NCBI GenBank assembly: GCA_964371035.1
Contig: CAYJLG010000001.1
Location: 702 to 64,701 of the forward strand
DNA from: an uncultured Clostridia bacterium
GTDB lineage: Bacteria > Bacillota > Clostridia > Tissierellales > Sedimentibacteraceae
Reading direction: 5' to 3'
Length of the DNA: 64,000 nt
The position numbers and the translations under genes are program-made. The notes beneath the pieces are model-generated. The model was not told the origin of the DNA and did not search any database. It saw nothing but the letters and a program-made list of their open reading frames with translations. Of this stretch, positions 32,068 through 42,617 are shown piece by piece. How positions within the stretch are numbered: the first letter of the stretch is position 1; each line of letters opens with the position of its first letter.

Positions 32068-32301
32068 ATGATAAAATTAGAAGATTTTAAAAAATTGATA
32101 AATGAAGAAAACCTCAAAAATATGAATAACTTAAAAATGCCATTTGAATGGGCATACAACGAATTTTTAGAAATAATAGATACTGAAGCAGTGTTAACTT
32201 CTGAAGAGATAAATGTAGAAGTAAACAATATTATTAACGACTATATGAACTGGATGCTAAAAAGTGATTTTTCAAAATATGAACTTGAAGACGCAGATTA
32301 A
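32068..32301 (+). CDS. Small acidic hypothetical protein
   Basis: ATG at 32068 follows AAAGGTGAT. No family recognised. Confidence 0.3.
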   Translation: MIKLEDFKKLINEENLKNMNNLKMPFEWAYNEFLEIIDTEAVLTSEEINVEVNNIINDYMNWMLKSDFSKYELEDAD

Positions 32302-32391
32302 TCTAGAATTCTAAGCATATTTGCTAAATTTTTTATTCATACTTAGTTCGTAATTTTATATTGCGAAAAAATTTCAATTTTAGGAGGAAAA

Positions 32392-33558
32392 ATGATAGTT
32401 ATTAAAGGTGGTACAATCAACACTGTTTCAGATGGAATAATAGAAGATGGTGTGATTATTGTAAAGGATGGTAAAATTGCTAATATAGGTAAAGGTATTG
32501 AGATACCTTCAGATGCTGAAGTTATTGATGCTTCAAATTGTTATATAACACCTGGTTTGATAGATGCACATACGCATATATCAACTTTTAGCGAACCTCA
32601 CACGAGATTTGCAATGATGGATGGCAATGAGATGTCAAATCCAATAACTCCTTTTATACGAGCTATGGATGCTCTAAATCCTTTTGATTTTGCTGTTGAT
32701 AGAGTTAGAGATGCAGGATTTACGACTGTTTGCACACTTCCTGGCTCTGCTAATATAATAGGGGGAACGGGAATTACATTTAAGCTACGTGGACATACTG
32801 CGGAAATAATGATAATACCTGGCACTGAACAAATGAAGATGGCTCTAGGCGAAAATCCAAGAGGTGTATATGGTCATGATAAAAAATTACCTATGACAAG
32901 AATGGGCGTAGCAGGACTTTGGAGACAAACTTTATCAGAAGCAAAAGATTATTCAGATAAGCTTAAAGAAGCAGAAACAGATCCGTCTAAAGCACCTAAA
33001 TATGATTTTAAATTAGAATCTTTAGTTAAAGTTATAAGAAAAGAGATGAAGGCTAGAATTCATTGTCATCGTTCAGATGATATAATTACAGCTATCAGAA
33101 TAGCAGAAGAATTTGATCTAGATTATTCATTAGAACATGCTACTGAAGGATATAAGGTTGTAGATGTATTGGCTCAAAAAAATCCTACATGCGTGATAGG
33201 ACCATTATTTATGGAACCAGTCAAGCAAGAACTTCATGCAGTTAAGGAAGAAAATGCTGGAATTTTGTCTAATTCGGGAGTTGAAGTATGTATATCAGCC
33301 GATACAGGGTCTGGAACGGCATGGTTGCCAGCACAAATCGGACATCTTATAAGAAGAGGACTAAAAGAAGAGGATGCATTTAAATCAGTTACTATCAATC
33401 CTGCTAGACTTTTAGGGGTAGATGATAGAGTAGGTACTCTTGAAATAGGAAAAGATGCTGATATTGCAATTTTTGATGGATTTCCTTTTAGCTCCATGAC
33501 ATTATGTAGAATGACTATGATAGATGGTGTAGTTTACAAAAATACTCTATCAGAATGA
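32392..33558 (+). CDS. Metal-dependent amidohydrolase family protein
   Basis: GLIDAHTHI (HxH) and later H/D ligands (HCH, EHA, GKDADI). Confidence 0.8.
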   Translation: MIVIKGGTINTVSDGIIEDGVIIVKDGKIANIGKGIEIPSDAEVIDASNCYITPGLIDAHTHISTFSEPHTRFAMMDGNEMSNPITPFIRAMDALNPFDFAVDRVRDAGFTTVCTLPGSANIIGGTGITFKLRGHTAEIMIIPGTEQMKMALGENPRGVYGHDKKLPMTRMGVAGLWRQTLSEAKDYSDKLKEAETDPSKAPKYDFKLESLVKVIRKEMKARIHCHRSDDIITAIRIAEEFDLDYSLEHATEGYKVVDVLAQKNPTCVIGPLFMEPVKQELHAVKEENAGILSNSGVEVCISADTGSGTAWLPAQIGHLIRRGLKEEDAFKSVTINPARLLGVDDRVGTLEIGKDADIAIFDGFPFSSMTLCRMTMIDGVVYKNTLSE

Positions 33559-33567
33559 TATAAAAAT

Positions 33568-33620
33568 AAAAAACGCCATAGTGGTTAGTTGCGAGGTTTA
33601 CCACTATGGCGTTTTTTATT
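33568..33620. terminator. Bidirectional rho-independent terminator
   Basis: 13-bp stem AACGCCATAGTGG / CCACTATGGCGTT with flanking A- and T-runs. Confidence 0.8.
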
Positions 33621-33634
33621 TTTTAAATATGTCT

Positions 33635-34153
33635 TTAACTAACAGAATATATAGCAATTGTAATGAAAATTTTGCGTTTTCCTGTAATTCCAAGTCCTGT
33701 TTTAAAAACTTTTGCTAAAACTGTAGCATCTTCTTCTAAGCTATAAGCTAAAAATTTTCTATTTGGATAAGTGTATGGTACAACACCTAAGGTTTCCCCA
33801 TTTAAATTGGTAACTTTAACATGATTCTCTTTTCCTTGTAACGTCACTAATTTGAGCATAAGTTCATTATCTTTTTTCATTTTTTTAATATTGTGTTGAA
33901 TAGAATCTAAATGATCTAGGTCATCTGTAACTACTAAAGGAATATCTTCCATAATTGAAGCTCTTTTTTTACCTGAGTCATCAAATTTTGGAAATTTCAA
34001 TTTTACATTTTTAACGTAAGTAAAAGTACCTAAAAGTATTAACAATATACTAAGTAATACTGTTGATATAAAAATTTTTCCAGTGTATATTTCAAGTGCT
34101 AGTGCCATTACTCCTAGAGTAGATATACATATTCCTACTATTCTCATTGACAT
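33635..34153 (-). CDS. Membrane-anchored hypothetical protein (2 TM plus a soluble C-terminal domain)
   Basis: 172 aa. The C-terminal part (LVTLQGKENHVKVTNLNGETLGVVPY) loosely resembles HIRAN-like folds. Not verifiable here. Confidence 0.4.
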   Translation of the reverse strand: MSMRIVGICISTLGVMALALEIYTGKIFISTVLLSILLILLGTFTYVKNVKLKFPKFDDSGKKRASIMEDIPLVVTDDLDHLDSIQHNIKKMKKDNELMLKLVTLQGKENHVKVTNLNGETLGVVPYTYPNRKFLAYSLEEDATVLAKVFKTGLGITGKRKIFITIAIYSVS

Positions 34154-34307
34154 AATTATTAACCACCTATTTATTATTAATCAATATTGTATCAAATAAA
34201 TATATAATATTCAATCAAATTTTCATATATTGAAATTAAAAATTTTTTTCAATAATGAATTGTAAAATTTAAAAGTATCTGCTATAATATTATCTGGAGG
34301 TGCAATT

Positions 34308-34697
34308 ATGTCCGAAAATAATCAAATTTTTGAAAATGGAGCTGTGAAAATTTCAGATGATGTCGTAATGATCATTGCTGGCATTGCAACTGTTGGAATT
34401 GAGGGTGTGCATAGCATGCATACGGGATTAGTTGAAGGTTTTTCAAATTTGTTTTCAAAAAATAACTATTCAAAAGGTGTAAAAGTTGACATTACTGAAG
34501 AAACTGTTAGTATTGATGTGTTTATTAATGTCAAATATGGATGTAAAATTAATTTAGTAGCTGAAGAAGTTCAGAAAGCTGTTAAAAAAGAAGTTGAAAC
34601 AATGACTGACCTTTCAGTTACGTTAGTAAATGTTAATGTACAAAACATAGTTACAGAAAAAAATGAAAAAATTGAAAAAACAGAAGAAGAGAAGTAA
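34308..34697 (+). CDS. Asp23/Gls24-family alkaline shock protein
   Basis: ISDDVVMIIAGIATVGIEGV and a VNVNVQ region. Confidence 0.85.
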   Translation: MSENNQIFENGAVKISDDVVMIIAGIATVGIEGVHSMHTGLVEGFSNLFSKNNYSKGVKVDITEETVSIDVFINVKYGCKINLVAEEVQKAVKKEVETMTDLSVTLVNVNVQNIVTEKNEKIEKTEEEK

Positions 34698-34723
34698 CCA
34701 ATAGGTTATTTCTCGGAGGATTT

Positions 34724-35161
34724 ATGGTAAACAGAAAAATCACAAGAGAAGAAGCAATTAAAATAATTTATATCATGGATGTTATTAACAGCTATGATAT
34801 TGTAGTTGCAAATGATCATCTTGAATACTTTTCACACTGTGAAAAAAACTCAGAAGACTTTGATTTTGATGAAGCTCAGATTGATAAAAATTACCTTTTT
34901 AAAACACTTAATGATGCTATAAACAATCTAGAACTTATAGATAATAAAATTAAGGATAATGCAAAAGGATGGAAATTAAAGAGAATAGCAAAGGTTGATT
35001 TAGCTATATTAAGAATTGCTTTATCAGAAATTTTGTTTAATGAAGAAATTCCTAATGGTGTTTCAATTAATGAGGCTGTAGATATTGGTAAAAAATATTC
35101 TACTGATGATGCACACAAATTTATTAATGGAATTTTAGGTACCATTTTCAGAGGATTGTAG
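34724..35161 (+). CDS. nusB: Transcription antitermination factor NusB
   Basis: DLAILRIALSEILF and INEAVDIGKKYS..FINGILG. Confidence 0.85.
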   Translation: MVNRKITREEAIKIIYIMDVINSYDIVVANDHLEYFSHCEKNSEDFDFDEAQIDKNYLFKTLNDAINNLELIDNKIKDNAKGWKLKRIAKVDLAILRIALSEILFNEEIPNGVSINEAVDIGKKYSTDDAHKFINGILGTIFRGL

Positions 35162-35163
35162 CA

Positions 35164-36156
35164 ATGAAAAAGTATATATTAGGTTTTGATACTAGTGCAT
35201 ATACTGCTTCTGTTGCTTTAATTGATTTTGATGGAAATGTTATTTATAATCTTAAAAAAATACTTGATATACCTAAGGGCGAAAAGGGCTTAAGACAAGA
35301 AAGCGCTCTTTTTTTGCATTTTAACATAATAACGCAATTTTTGCTAGAGTTGGACATTGATTATTCTCAAATAAAATTAGTTACAGTCAGTGCGTTTCCT
35401 CGAAATGTTGAAGGGTCGTACATGCCTGTTTTTTTAGTTGGAAAAAACTTTGCCAAAATTGTTTCAAAATCTTCAAATGCTGATTATATTGAGTATTCTC
35501 ACCAAGAAAATCATATTTCAGCAGGCTTAATGGAATTTTACAAAAATCATGATTTCAGCACAAAACCATTTTTAGCTTTGCATAATTCAGGAGGAACACT
35601 AGAATTACTTATGGTTGAGAAATCAGAACGAGGTTTTAAGACTGAAATCGTTGGTGGTACGCTAGATATTACATTTGGACAATTGATAGATAGAATAGGG
35701 GTTTATTTGGGATATGATTTTCCATGTGGCCGCTATATGGAAGAGTCTATTGATAAATCAGATTATGAAGTTTTAAAATCATGTGCATTAAAATTTCCAA
35801 TGCCAAAAATTTCAGGAAAAGATTTTTTAAACTTATCTGGTATTGAAAATTATTTTAAAAAAATTATAGATGAAGAAAATTTTGATACTTCGACAATAAT
35901 ATATGCGTTGTTTAATTATGTAAGTTTGTGTACTGTAAAAATAATTAATAGCGTGATGGCAGACAAGAAAATTGACAAATTAGTAATTATTGGTGGAGTT
36001 GCTTCAAATACATATATCAGAAATTATTTGGTCAAAGAATTAAGTGAAAAAATCAACTTGTTTTTTTCTGACAAATTACTTTCCTCTGATAATGCAGTAG
36101 GAGTGGCATTTTTGCCATTGATTGATAGGTGGTATAATGAAATTAAAGCCGATTAA
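35164..36156 (+). CDS. TsaD/Kae1-like (Peptidase_M22, ASKHA fold) paralog
   Basis: ILGFDTSAYTASVAL N-terminus and an HxxxH motif (SHQENH), as in TsaD metal sites. Confidence 0.5.
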   Translation: MKKYILGFDTSAYTASVALIDFDGNVIYNLKKILDIPKGEKGLRQESALFLHFNIITQFLLELDIDYSQIKLVTVSAFPRNVEGSYMPVFLVGKNFAKIVSKSSNADYIEYSHQENHISAGLMEFYKNHDFSTKPFLALHNSGGTLELLMVEKSERGFKTEIVGGTLDITFGQLIDRIGVYLGYDFPCGRYMEESIDKSDYEVLKSCALKFPMPKISGKDFLNLSGIENYFKKIIDEENFDTSTIIYALFNYVSLCTVKIINSVMADKKIDKLVIIGGVASNTYIRNYLVKELSEKINLFFSDKLLSSDNAVGVAFLPLIDRWYNEIKAD

Positions 36157-37333
36157 AGTTTCACTTTTAAATCAGTATATTAAAAAATATTTAAAAAGTA
36201 ATAGTCTGTTTCATAATTTGAATGTTGAAGGTGAAATATCAAACTTTAGAATAAGCAAAACAGGATATAGTTATTTTAATCTAAGTGATGAAAGTTCAAG
36301 CATAAATTGCGTTTGCTTTTTCATAGTACCTGATATAAAGGATGGAGATAAAGTAACTATACAAGGTGAATTATCAGTTTACGAAGCAAAAGGTTCGTAT
36401 CAAATCATTAGTAACAGTGTAGAAAAAACTGGGAAAGGTGATATACTAAAGGAACTTGAGCTGTTGAAAAAAAAGTTGTATGAGAACGGAATGTTTGAAA
36501 ACAACAAAGTAGTGCCATTATTGCCTTCAAAAATTGGAGTTATCGCATCAAAAAATTCAGCAGCAGTAAAAGATATATTAAAAACATTTGATTCTGTAAG
36601 CTGCAGTTTTGAAGTTTTCATATTTGATTCTCTAGTCCAAGGTGAAAATGCAAAAAAAACAATACTCGAAGGTATAGATTACTTTAATCTCCAAGAAAAA
36701 ACGGATTTAATAGTCTTATCAAGGGGTGGTGGTAGTTTTGAAGATTTAAAGATCTTTAATGACATTGAAATTGCTGAGAAGATTTTCTTGTCAAAAATAC
36801 CAATTATCACAGGCATAGGACATGAAACAGATGTTACTCTTTCAGATTACACCGCAGATGTACGCTGCCATACTCCAACAGCTGCAGCTGAGTATGTGAT
36901 TAGAGGATATAAAAACCTTAATACAGAATTGCTAAATCTATATCAAAGCTTACAAAGCAAAAAAAATTATATCTTAACTCAACTAGATACGAATTTGAAT
37001 AAATCAAAATTTATTTTAAAAACGTATGATCCACAAATGATTGTTTTAAAACTAAAAAATCAATGTGATATAAATAAAGCTACACTAAATAATTTTGTTT
37101 TTAGAGAGTTAAATAATAGGCAAAATGAATTGAATATTTTATTCGAAAAATTAAGTGCACATAATTATAAAAAAATGCTAAATAATGGATATGCACTAGT
37201 TTTCGATAAGAAAAATGAATTACTAAAAACTAAAGATGACTTTTTGATTAATGAAGAAATTTTAATTAAATTTGATAATTTTGAAATAGAAGCAAAAGTA
37301 AAAAAAATTAGAGAGGGTAGTAATGAAAGATAA
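36137..37333 (+). CDS. xseA: Exodeoxyribonuclease VII large subunit
   Basis: OB-fold N-terminus, SRGGGSFEDL motif, helical C-terminus. The ATG at 36137 is preferred over the track start. Confidence 0.9.
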   Translation: MKLKPIKVSLLNQYIKKYLKSNSLFHNLNVEGEISNFRISKTGYSYFNLSDESSSINCVCFFIVPDIKDGDKVTIQGELSVYEAKGSYQIISNSVEKTGKGDILKELELLKKKLYENGMFENNKVVPLLPSKIGVIASKNSAAVKDILKTFDSVSCSFEVFIFDSLVQGENAKKTILEGIDYFNLQEKTDLIVLSRGGGSFEDLKIFNDIEIAEKIFLSKIPIITGIGHETDVTLSDYTADVRCHTPTAAAEYVIRGYKNLNTELLNLYQSLQSKKNYILTQLDTNLNKSKFILKTYDPQMIVLKLKNQCDINKATLNNFVFRELNNRQNELNILFEKLSAHNYKKMLNNGYALVFDKKNELLKTKDDFLINEEILIKFDNFEIEAKVKKIREGSNER

Positions 37334-37550
37334 TTTTGAAAACTTTGAAAACTTTGAAAAAGCAATGGAAATTCTTAAAAATACAGTAGATGTTTTTAAT
37401 GATGGCAAGTTGTTAAACCTTGATGAAATTGTGAACAATTATGAACTCGGAATGAATGCTTATAACTATTGTGCAAAAAAACTTGAAGAAACACACAAAA
37501 AAATAAAAATTATAGAAAGTGATTTAAGTATGCAAAACAAAAATGCATAA
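37323..37550 (+). CDS. xseB: Exodeoxyribonuclease VII small subunit
   Basis: 75-aa helical protein overlapping the xseA stop. Confidence 0.8.
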   Translation: MKDNFENFENFEKAMEILKNTVDVFNDGKLLNLDEIVNNYELGMNAYNYCAKKLEETHKKIKIIESDLSMQNKNA

Positions 37551-37686
37551 AATTTTGTTAAAAATACAAAAAAAGCTTGTATTGTGTAAAAACGTATGCT
37601 ATAATATAAATGAATACAATAATAAATGCTTGTATTTGCAGTATTACAAGTTACAATGCATGTATATTTAAAGGTAAAAAGTAGTA

Positions 37687-38526
37687 ATGGAAGTTTGCAG
37701 AATTGATGTTTTGTTAAATGAGAGGGGTTTCGTCAAGAGCAGAGAAAAAGCCAAACATTTGATTTTAAATGGTAAAGTTTTTGTAGACGATAAACAAGTA
37801 ATAAAACCTGGAGCTATGGTTAACAAAGATAGCGTAATTAAAATTTGTGGAGAAAGTGATGAGTATGTCAGCAGAGGTGCTTACAAATTGCAAAAAGCCA
37901 TACAAGAGTTTGAAATTTCTTTAAAGCTGAAAATTGCAGTTGATGTAGGGGCATCAACCGGCGGATTTACAGATTTTATGCTTAAAAACGGATGCATAAA
38001 AGTCTATGCTGTAGATGTTGGACATAATCAACTTTCTGAAAATCTTGTAACAAATCAAAAAGTAATATCTCTAGAAAAAACAAATTTCAGATATGTTGAT
38101 ACGAAAATATTTACGGAACCTATAGATTTCGTATGTATTGACGTATCTTTTATTTCGTTAGATTTAATTCTTCCGAAAGTAGCAGAAATTTCAAATGAGA
38201 AAACTGATGTGGTTGCATTGGTTAAACCGCAATTTGAAGTAGGTAAAGGTAAAGTTGGCAAGAATGGTATAGTCAGAGATAAAAATCTGCATATTGAGGT
38301 TTTAAAAAAAATCTATCATTCTTGTTTATCTAATGGCTTAAATGTAAAAGCTATTTGTTTTTCTCCAATAAGAGGCGGAAATGGGAATATTGAATATTTA
38401 ATTCACGCAAATAAATCTGTTGAACATGAACTTGAGGATGTATTTTGTAGAATTGTGACGCAAACTGTAGAAGAAGCCTTTAAAAGCTTTGAAAAATTGG
38501 AAAGCAATTATTATCCAAACATGTAA
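37687..38526 (+). CDS. tlyA: TlyA-family rRNA (cytidine-2'-O)-methyltransferase
   Basis: N-terminal S4 domain and FtsJ-like VDVGASTGGFTD. Confidence 0.85.
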   Translation: MEVCRIDVLLNERGFVKSREKAKHLILNGKVFVDDKQVIKPGAMVNKDSVIKICGESDEYVSRGAYKLQKAIQEFEISLKLKIAVDVGASTGGFTDFMLKNGCIKVYAVDVGHNQLSENLVTNQKVISLEKTNFRYVDTKIFTEPIDFVCIDVSFISLDLILPKVAEISNEKTDVVALVKPQFEVGKGKVGKNGIVRDKNLHIEVLKKIYHSCLSNGLNVKAICFSPIRGGNGNIEYLIHANKSVEHELEDVFCRIVTQTVEEAFKSFEKLESNYYPNM

Positions 38527-38550
38527 AAAGGGTAATAATAAGGAGGAAAA

Positions 38551-39003
38551 ATGAAAAAATACACAAGGCAATCAAAGATCTTAGAACTCATCTCTAAAAG
38601 AGAGATAGAGACTCAAGAGGAATTAGCAGAAGGCTTGAGAGAAATGAACATAGAAGTTACTCAAGCAACTATTTCAAGAGACATAAAGGAACTTAGACTA
38701 GTAAAAACTACTGCTAAAAGCGGTAAACATAAGTATACAACTATAGGCCAAAGTCAAGAAGGCGTGACTGAAAGATTAAACAAGATTTTTGAAAATTCAG
38801 TAGTATCAATAACTAATGCGATGAACATCGTAGTTATTAAAACTATACCAGGTGCAGCACCGATATGTGCTTCAGCTATTGATTTTATGGATATTGATAA
38901 TATGGTTGGATGCTTAGCAGGAGACGATACAATATTTGTAACAGTAAAAGATATGGAATACGTTGAAGATGTTTTAGAGGCACTTAGACAAAGTATAAGA
39001 TAA
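38551..39003 (+). CDS. argR: Arginine repressor
   Basis: Winged-helix VTQATISRDIKELRLVK and C-terminal GCLAGDDTIFV. Confidence 0.9.
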   Translation: MKKYTRQSKILELISKREIETQEELAEGLREMNIEVTQATISRDIKELRLVKTTAKSGKHKYTTIGQSQEGVTERLNKIFENSVVSITNAMNIVVIKTIPGAAPICASAIDFMDIDNMVGCLAGDDTIFVTVKDMEYVEDVLEALRQSIR

Positions 39004-39020
39004 TTTGGTGAGATGATTAT

Positions 39021-40694
39021 ATGTTGTTAAATTTGAGCATACGTAACTTAGCAATATTTGAAGATGTTTCGATTGACTTTCAAAAAGGTTTTAATGTGAT
39101 AACTGGTGAAACAGGTGCCGGAAAATCTATTTTAATAGAATCTTTATTTTTACTAATGGGCTCAAGAGCCGGAAAAAACTTAGTGAGAAAAGATAGCCAA
39201 AATGCCCGTGTAAGCGCTGTATTTGACATATCGGGCAATGAAAAAGTTGCAAAGTTTTTAGTACAAAATAATATTAAAATTGAAGAAGAAGATTGTTTAA
39301 TAATTATTAGAGAAATAACAGAAACAGGTAAGAGCATTAACAAAATTAATAACAATGTTGTATCAATTAGTATTTTGAAGGAACTTGGTGCTTTCATATT
39401 GGATATTTTCGGTCAGTTTGAACATCAATATATATATAAGAAAGAAAACCATTTAACACTTTTAGATAATTTAAACGGTGCTGAGGCTGATAATACCTTG
39501 TTTGAATATAAGGCTATTTATTCTGAATATAAGGATAAATGTAAAGAAGTTTCAGAACTTGAAGAAAAATTAGTAAATAAAGACAGAAAAGCAGAACAAT
39601 ATAGATTTGAGTTAGATGAGATATGTAATGCTAATTTAACTGAAAATGAAGAGGAAGATTTAATTAATGAATTAAAAATTTTATCTAATGTAAAAGAGAT
39701 AAAGGCATCTTTATTTGAAGTAATTAATAATATAAATAAAGATGAGAAATCAGCAGTAAATATGTTGAATAATTCATTTAGTTTGTTAAGTAAATTGAGA
39801 AACTTAGATGAAAATTTAGAAAGTTTTACTAATAGAACTGATTTATTAGTAGATGAATTGCAAAATTTAGTTTTTGAAATTATGAATTACGCAGAAAAGT
39901 TAGAAGTTAATGAAGAGAGTCTGTTTATTGCTGAGGATAGATTATCGGTAATAAACAGACTTAAGAGAAAATATGGTTTTAGTATCGACAAAATTGAAGA
40001 GTATCGGTCAACTATTGAAAAAGAATATAATGTTCTTATAGATGCTGAAGAAAATTTAAATATTTTAAATTCAGATATTGATAAGTTGAAGATGAAATTA
40101 TTTGAAAAATCAGAAGTATTGACAAATTTGAGATACAAATCAGCTAATTTTTTAGAGAATAATATTGTGTCTGAATTGGAAGATTTAAACATGAAGGACG
40201 TTAAATTTAAAGTAAATATTTCTAAAAAAGATGACTTTTCACCTAATGGATTAGATAATATAGAATTTTTAATGTCTACTAATTTAGGTCAAGAACTTAG
40301 TCCGATACATAAAATTGTTTCAGGTGGAGAAGCTTCTAGAATAATGTTAGCACTTAAAAAGCTGAGCAATCAAGATGAATATTCACAAACATTAGTATTT
40401 GACGAGATAGATACTGGTATCAGTGGAAAAACTTCTCAAATGGCTGGGAGTAAGATGAAATATATTTCGCAAAAGAACCAAGTTATTTGCGTTACTCATT
40501 CTCCACAGATTGCATCTATTTCAAAAAATCACTTTTGTATAGAAAAAGAGTCTGATGGTTCTAAGACTAATAGCATAGTTTCTAGGCTAAGAAAAGATGA
40601 AAGAATTAAAGAAGTTGCTAGATTATTAAGTGGTATGAATATTACAGAAAAATCACTAAATAATGCTAAAGAATTGATAGATTTTGATATTTAA
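39021..40694 (+). CDS. recN: DNA repair protein RecN
   Basis: Walker A GETGAGKS, coiled-coil middle, signature VSGGEASR, Walker B LVFDEID. Confidence 0.9.
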   Translation: MLLNLSIRNLAIFEDVSIDFQKGFNVITGETGAGKSILIESLFLLMGSRAGKNLVRKDSQNARVSAVFDISGNEKVAKFLVQNNIKIEEEDCLIIIREITETGKSINKINNNVVSISILKELGAFILDIFGQFEHQYIYKKENHLTLLDNLNGAEADNTLFEYKAIYSEYKDKCKEVSELEEKLVNKDRKAEQYRFELDEICNANLTENEEEDLINELKILSNVKEIKASLFEVINNINKDEKSAVNMLNNSFSLLSKLRNLDENLESFTNRTDLLVDELQNLVFEIMNYAEKLEVNEESLFIAEDRLSVINRLKRKYGFSIDKIEEYRSTIEKEYNVLIDAEENLNILNSDIDKLKMKLFEKSEVLTNLRYKSANFLENNIVSELEDLNMKDVKFKVNISKKDDFSPNGLDNIEFLMSTNLGQELSPIHKIVSGGEASRIMLALKKLSNQDEYSQTLVFDEIDTGISGKTSQMAGSKMKYISQKNQVICVTHSPQIASISKNHFCIEKESDGSKTNSIVSRLRKDERIKEVARLLSGMNITEKSLNNAKELIDFDI

Positions 40695-40710
40695 TAAGTA
40701 TAATAAGTAT

Positions 40711-40761
40711 AAGAATAAAACTTTTGCAAACAAGATAGTATTTTGCAAAAGTTTTATTCTT
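40711..40761. terminator. Bidirectional terminator between recN and cls
   Basis: About 20-bp stem AAGAATAAAACTTTTGCAAA / TTTGCAAAAGTTTTATTCTT. Confidence 0.7.
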
Positions 40762-40820
40762 TTATTACTTTTAATTAGTTGATGAAATTTTACTTATAGC
40801 ATAAGTCTGATGCACATTTA

Positions 40821-42344
40821 TTAAAAGAGTGGAGCAAAAGTTCTTAGTATTCCTAATAGTACTAATTGTGCAAATTTTAATTTTTCTGGAAAAGGATGGT
40901 TTTCCATGGTTATTTCAACGCATTTTGCTTGAGTATTAAGAAAATCTTCTTTAATTCTTGATACGGCTGATGAATTATATATAAATGCTCCACATTCGTA
41001 ATGAAGTGCTAAGCTTCTATAATCTAAGTTTATAGTGCCAATTACAGCTGTTTCATCGTCACATACAAACATCTTGGAATGGACAAACCCTGGAGTATAT
41101 TCGTATATTTTGACGCCTGCATTGATTAATGTTTTGTAATATGATCTAGATAAGAAAAATACTAGCTTCTTATCTGGTACCCCTGGTAACATTAATCTAA
41201 CATCTATTCCTGATTTTGCTGCTGTCATTAAAGATACCATCATTTCACGGCTAATAATCAAATATGGAGTAGTGATATATACATATTTTTTTGCACAATT
41301 TAACATGCTCATATAAACATTTTCTCCTACAGCATCATCATCTAATGGCGTGTCAGCATAAGGTTGAATTACACCATCAGTTTTATATGTTTTAGTAGGA
41401 GCGTATTTAGAGAAATTTTCTATCATGCCTGTCTGAGAGCTCCACATTGAAAGAAACATTACTGTTAGATTAAATACAGCTTCACCTTTAAGCATTATTG
41501 CGGTATCTTTCCAATGTCCGTGTTTCTCAATATGGTTAATATATTCATCAGCTAAGTTAATACCGCCTGTGAAACCTACATTGCCATCTATCACACATAT
41601 TTTTCTATGATCACGATTATTAAAATTTGCATTAAATAGGTTGTTAAATTTATTAAAAGGAATACATTTAATGTTATAATTTTTCAATCTTTTTGCAAAA
41701 TTTATTGGCAGTGTGATTAGACAACCTAGATCGTCATACATAAGTCGGACATCTATTCCTTCAGCTGCTTTTTCTATTAAAACTTCTTCTATGGCATCCC
41801 ACATTTTACCTTGTTCGATTATGAAGTATTCTAAGAATATGAATTTCTCAGCAGCTTTAAGCTCTTTAATCATAGTATTCCATTTATCTTCTCCTAAAGG
41901 AAAATACGTTACTTCAGTATTTATATATGCAGGAGAATTAGAAATTTTTCTGATATATTCTGATTGTCGCATAACACTAGGGTTTTCTTTGAAAAATTCA
42001 GGATTCAACTTATCTGCATTTGCTAATCCCCGTTTTTGTTCTACGTCGATTTGTTTCAAAATATCTTTTTTCTTTTTACTTATCTTAGCTTTTCCAAAAA
42101 CAATATAAATTACTGCTCCAACAATAGGGAGTAAATTTAAAATTATAATCCACGGAATCTTTGTTTCAGGATAAGTATCAATAATAATAATATTTATAGT
42201 AACAATTAAGTTAACAATCAACAATACTAAAACAAGTAAATCTACAAAATTCCCTAAAAAATAAATAAGTGCCATCCAAAACACCATTTGTAAAAAAATT
42301 GATATCCCAATTAAAATAGCTCTATAAAATAATCCTAGTTTCAT
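40821..42344 (-). CDS. cls: Cardiolipin synthase
   Basis: Two N-terminal TM and two HKD motifs (HRKICVIDG, HSKMFVCDD). Confidence 0.9.
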   Translation of the reverse strand: MKLGLFYRAILIGISIFLQMVFWMALIYFLGNFVDLLVLVLLIVNLIVTINIIIIDTYPETKIPWIIILNLLPIVGAVIYIVFGKAKISKKKKDILKQIDVEQKRGLANADKLNPEFFKENPSVMRQSEYIRKISNSPAYINTEVTYFPLGEDKWNTMIKELKAAEKFIFLEYFIIEQGKMWDAIEEVLIEKAAEGIDVRLMYDDLGCLITLPINFAKRLKNYNIKCIPFNKFNNLFNANFNNRDHRKICVIDGNVGFTGGINLADEYINHIEKHGHWKDTAIMLKGEAVFNLTVMFLSMWSSQTGMIENFSKYAPTKTYKTDGVIQPYADTPLDDDAVGENVYMSMLNCAKKYVYITTPYLIISREMMVSLMTAAKSGIDVRLMLPGVPDKKLVFFLSRSYYKTLINAGVKIYEYTPGFVHSKMFVCDDETAVIGTINLDYRSLALHYECGAFIYNSSAVSRIKEDFLNTQAKCVEITMENHPFPEKLKFAQLVLLGILRTFAPLF

Positions 42345-42617
42345 ATAAAACCTCCAAAAAACTATATTGTATTAAATATACACGTTTTTAAGAGAAAAAT
42401 CAATTAAAATTTCATTTTAGCACTTTAAAATTAACGAATAGTAACAACGAATAAATTGTTAGCACTGTTAAATTGTTAGAATAATACTTGCTTTTACAAT
42501 TGTTGTATATTATTATAATAAATAGAGTAATAAAATATATATTCATAAATATAATCATTGATTTGAAGACGACTATAATAATTTCTAAAAATTAGATAAG
42601 AAAGGAATTAAAATGAT

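Noticed and set aside
37335-37360. Tandem 9-bp repeat TTTGAAAAC x2.9 at the start of xseB.
   Set aside because: It encodes ENFENFE in frame within xseB. It is too short to be a meaningful repeat locus.
42400-42480. Repeated TTAGCACT and AACGAATA words upstream of the 42618 gene as a riboswitch or operator.
   Set aside because: Only two short copies each, with no supporting secondary structure or known consensus. Evidence is insufficient.
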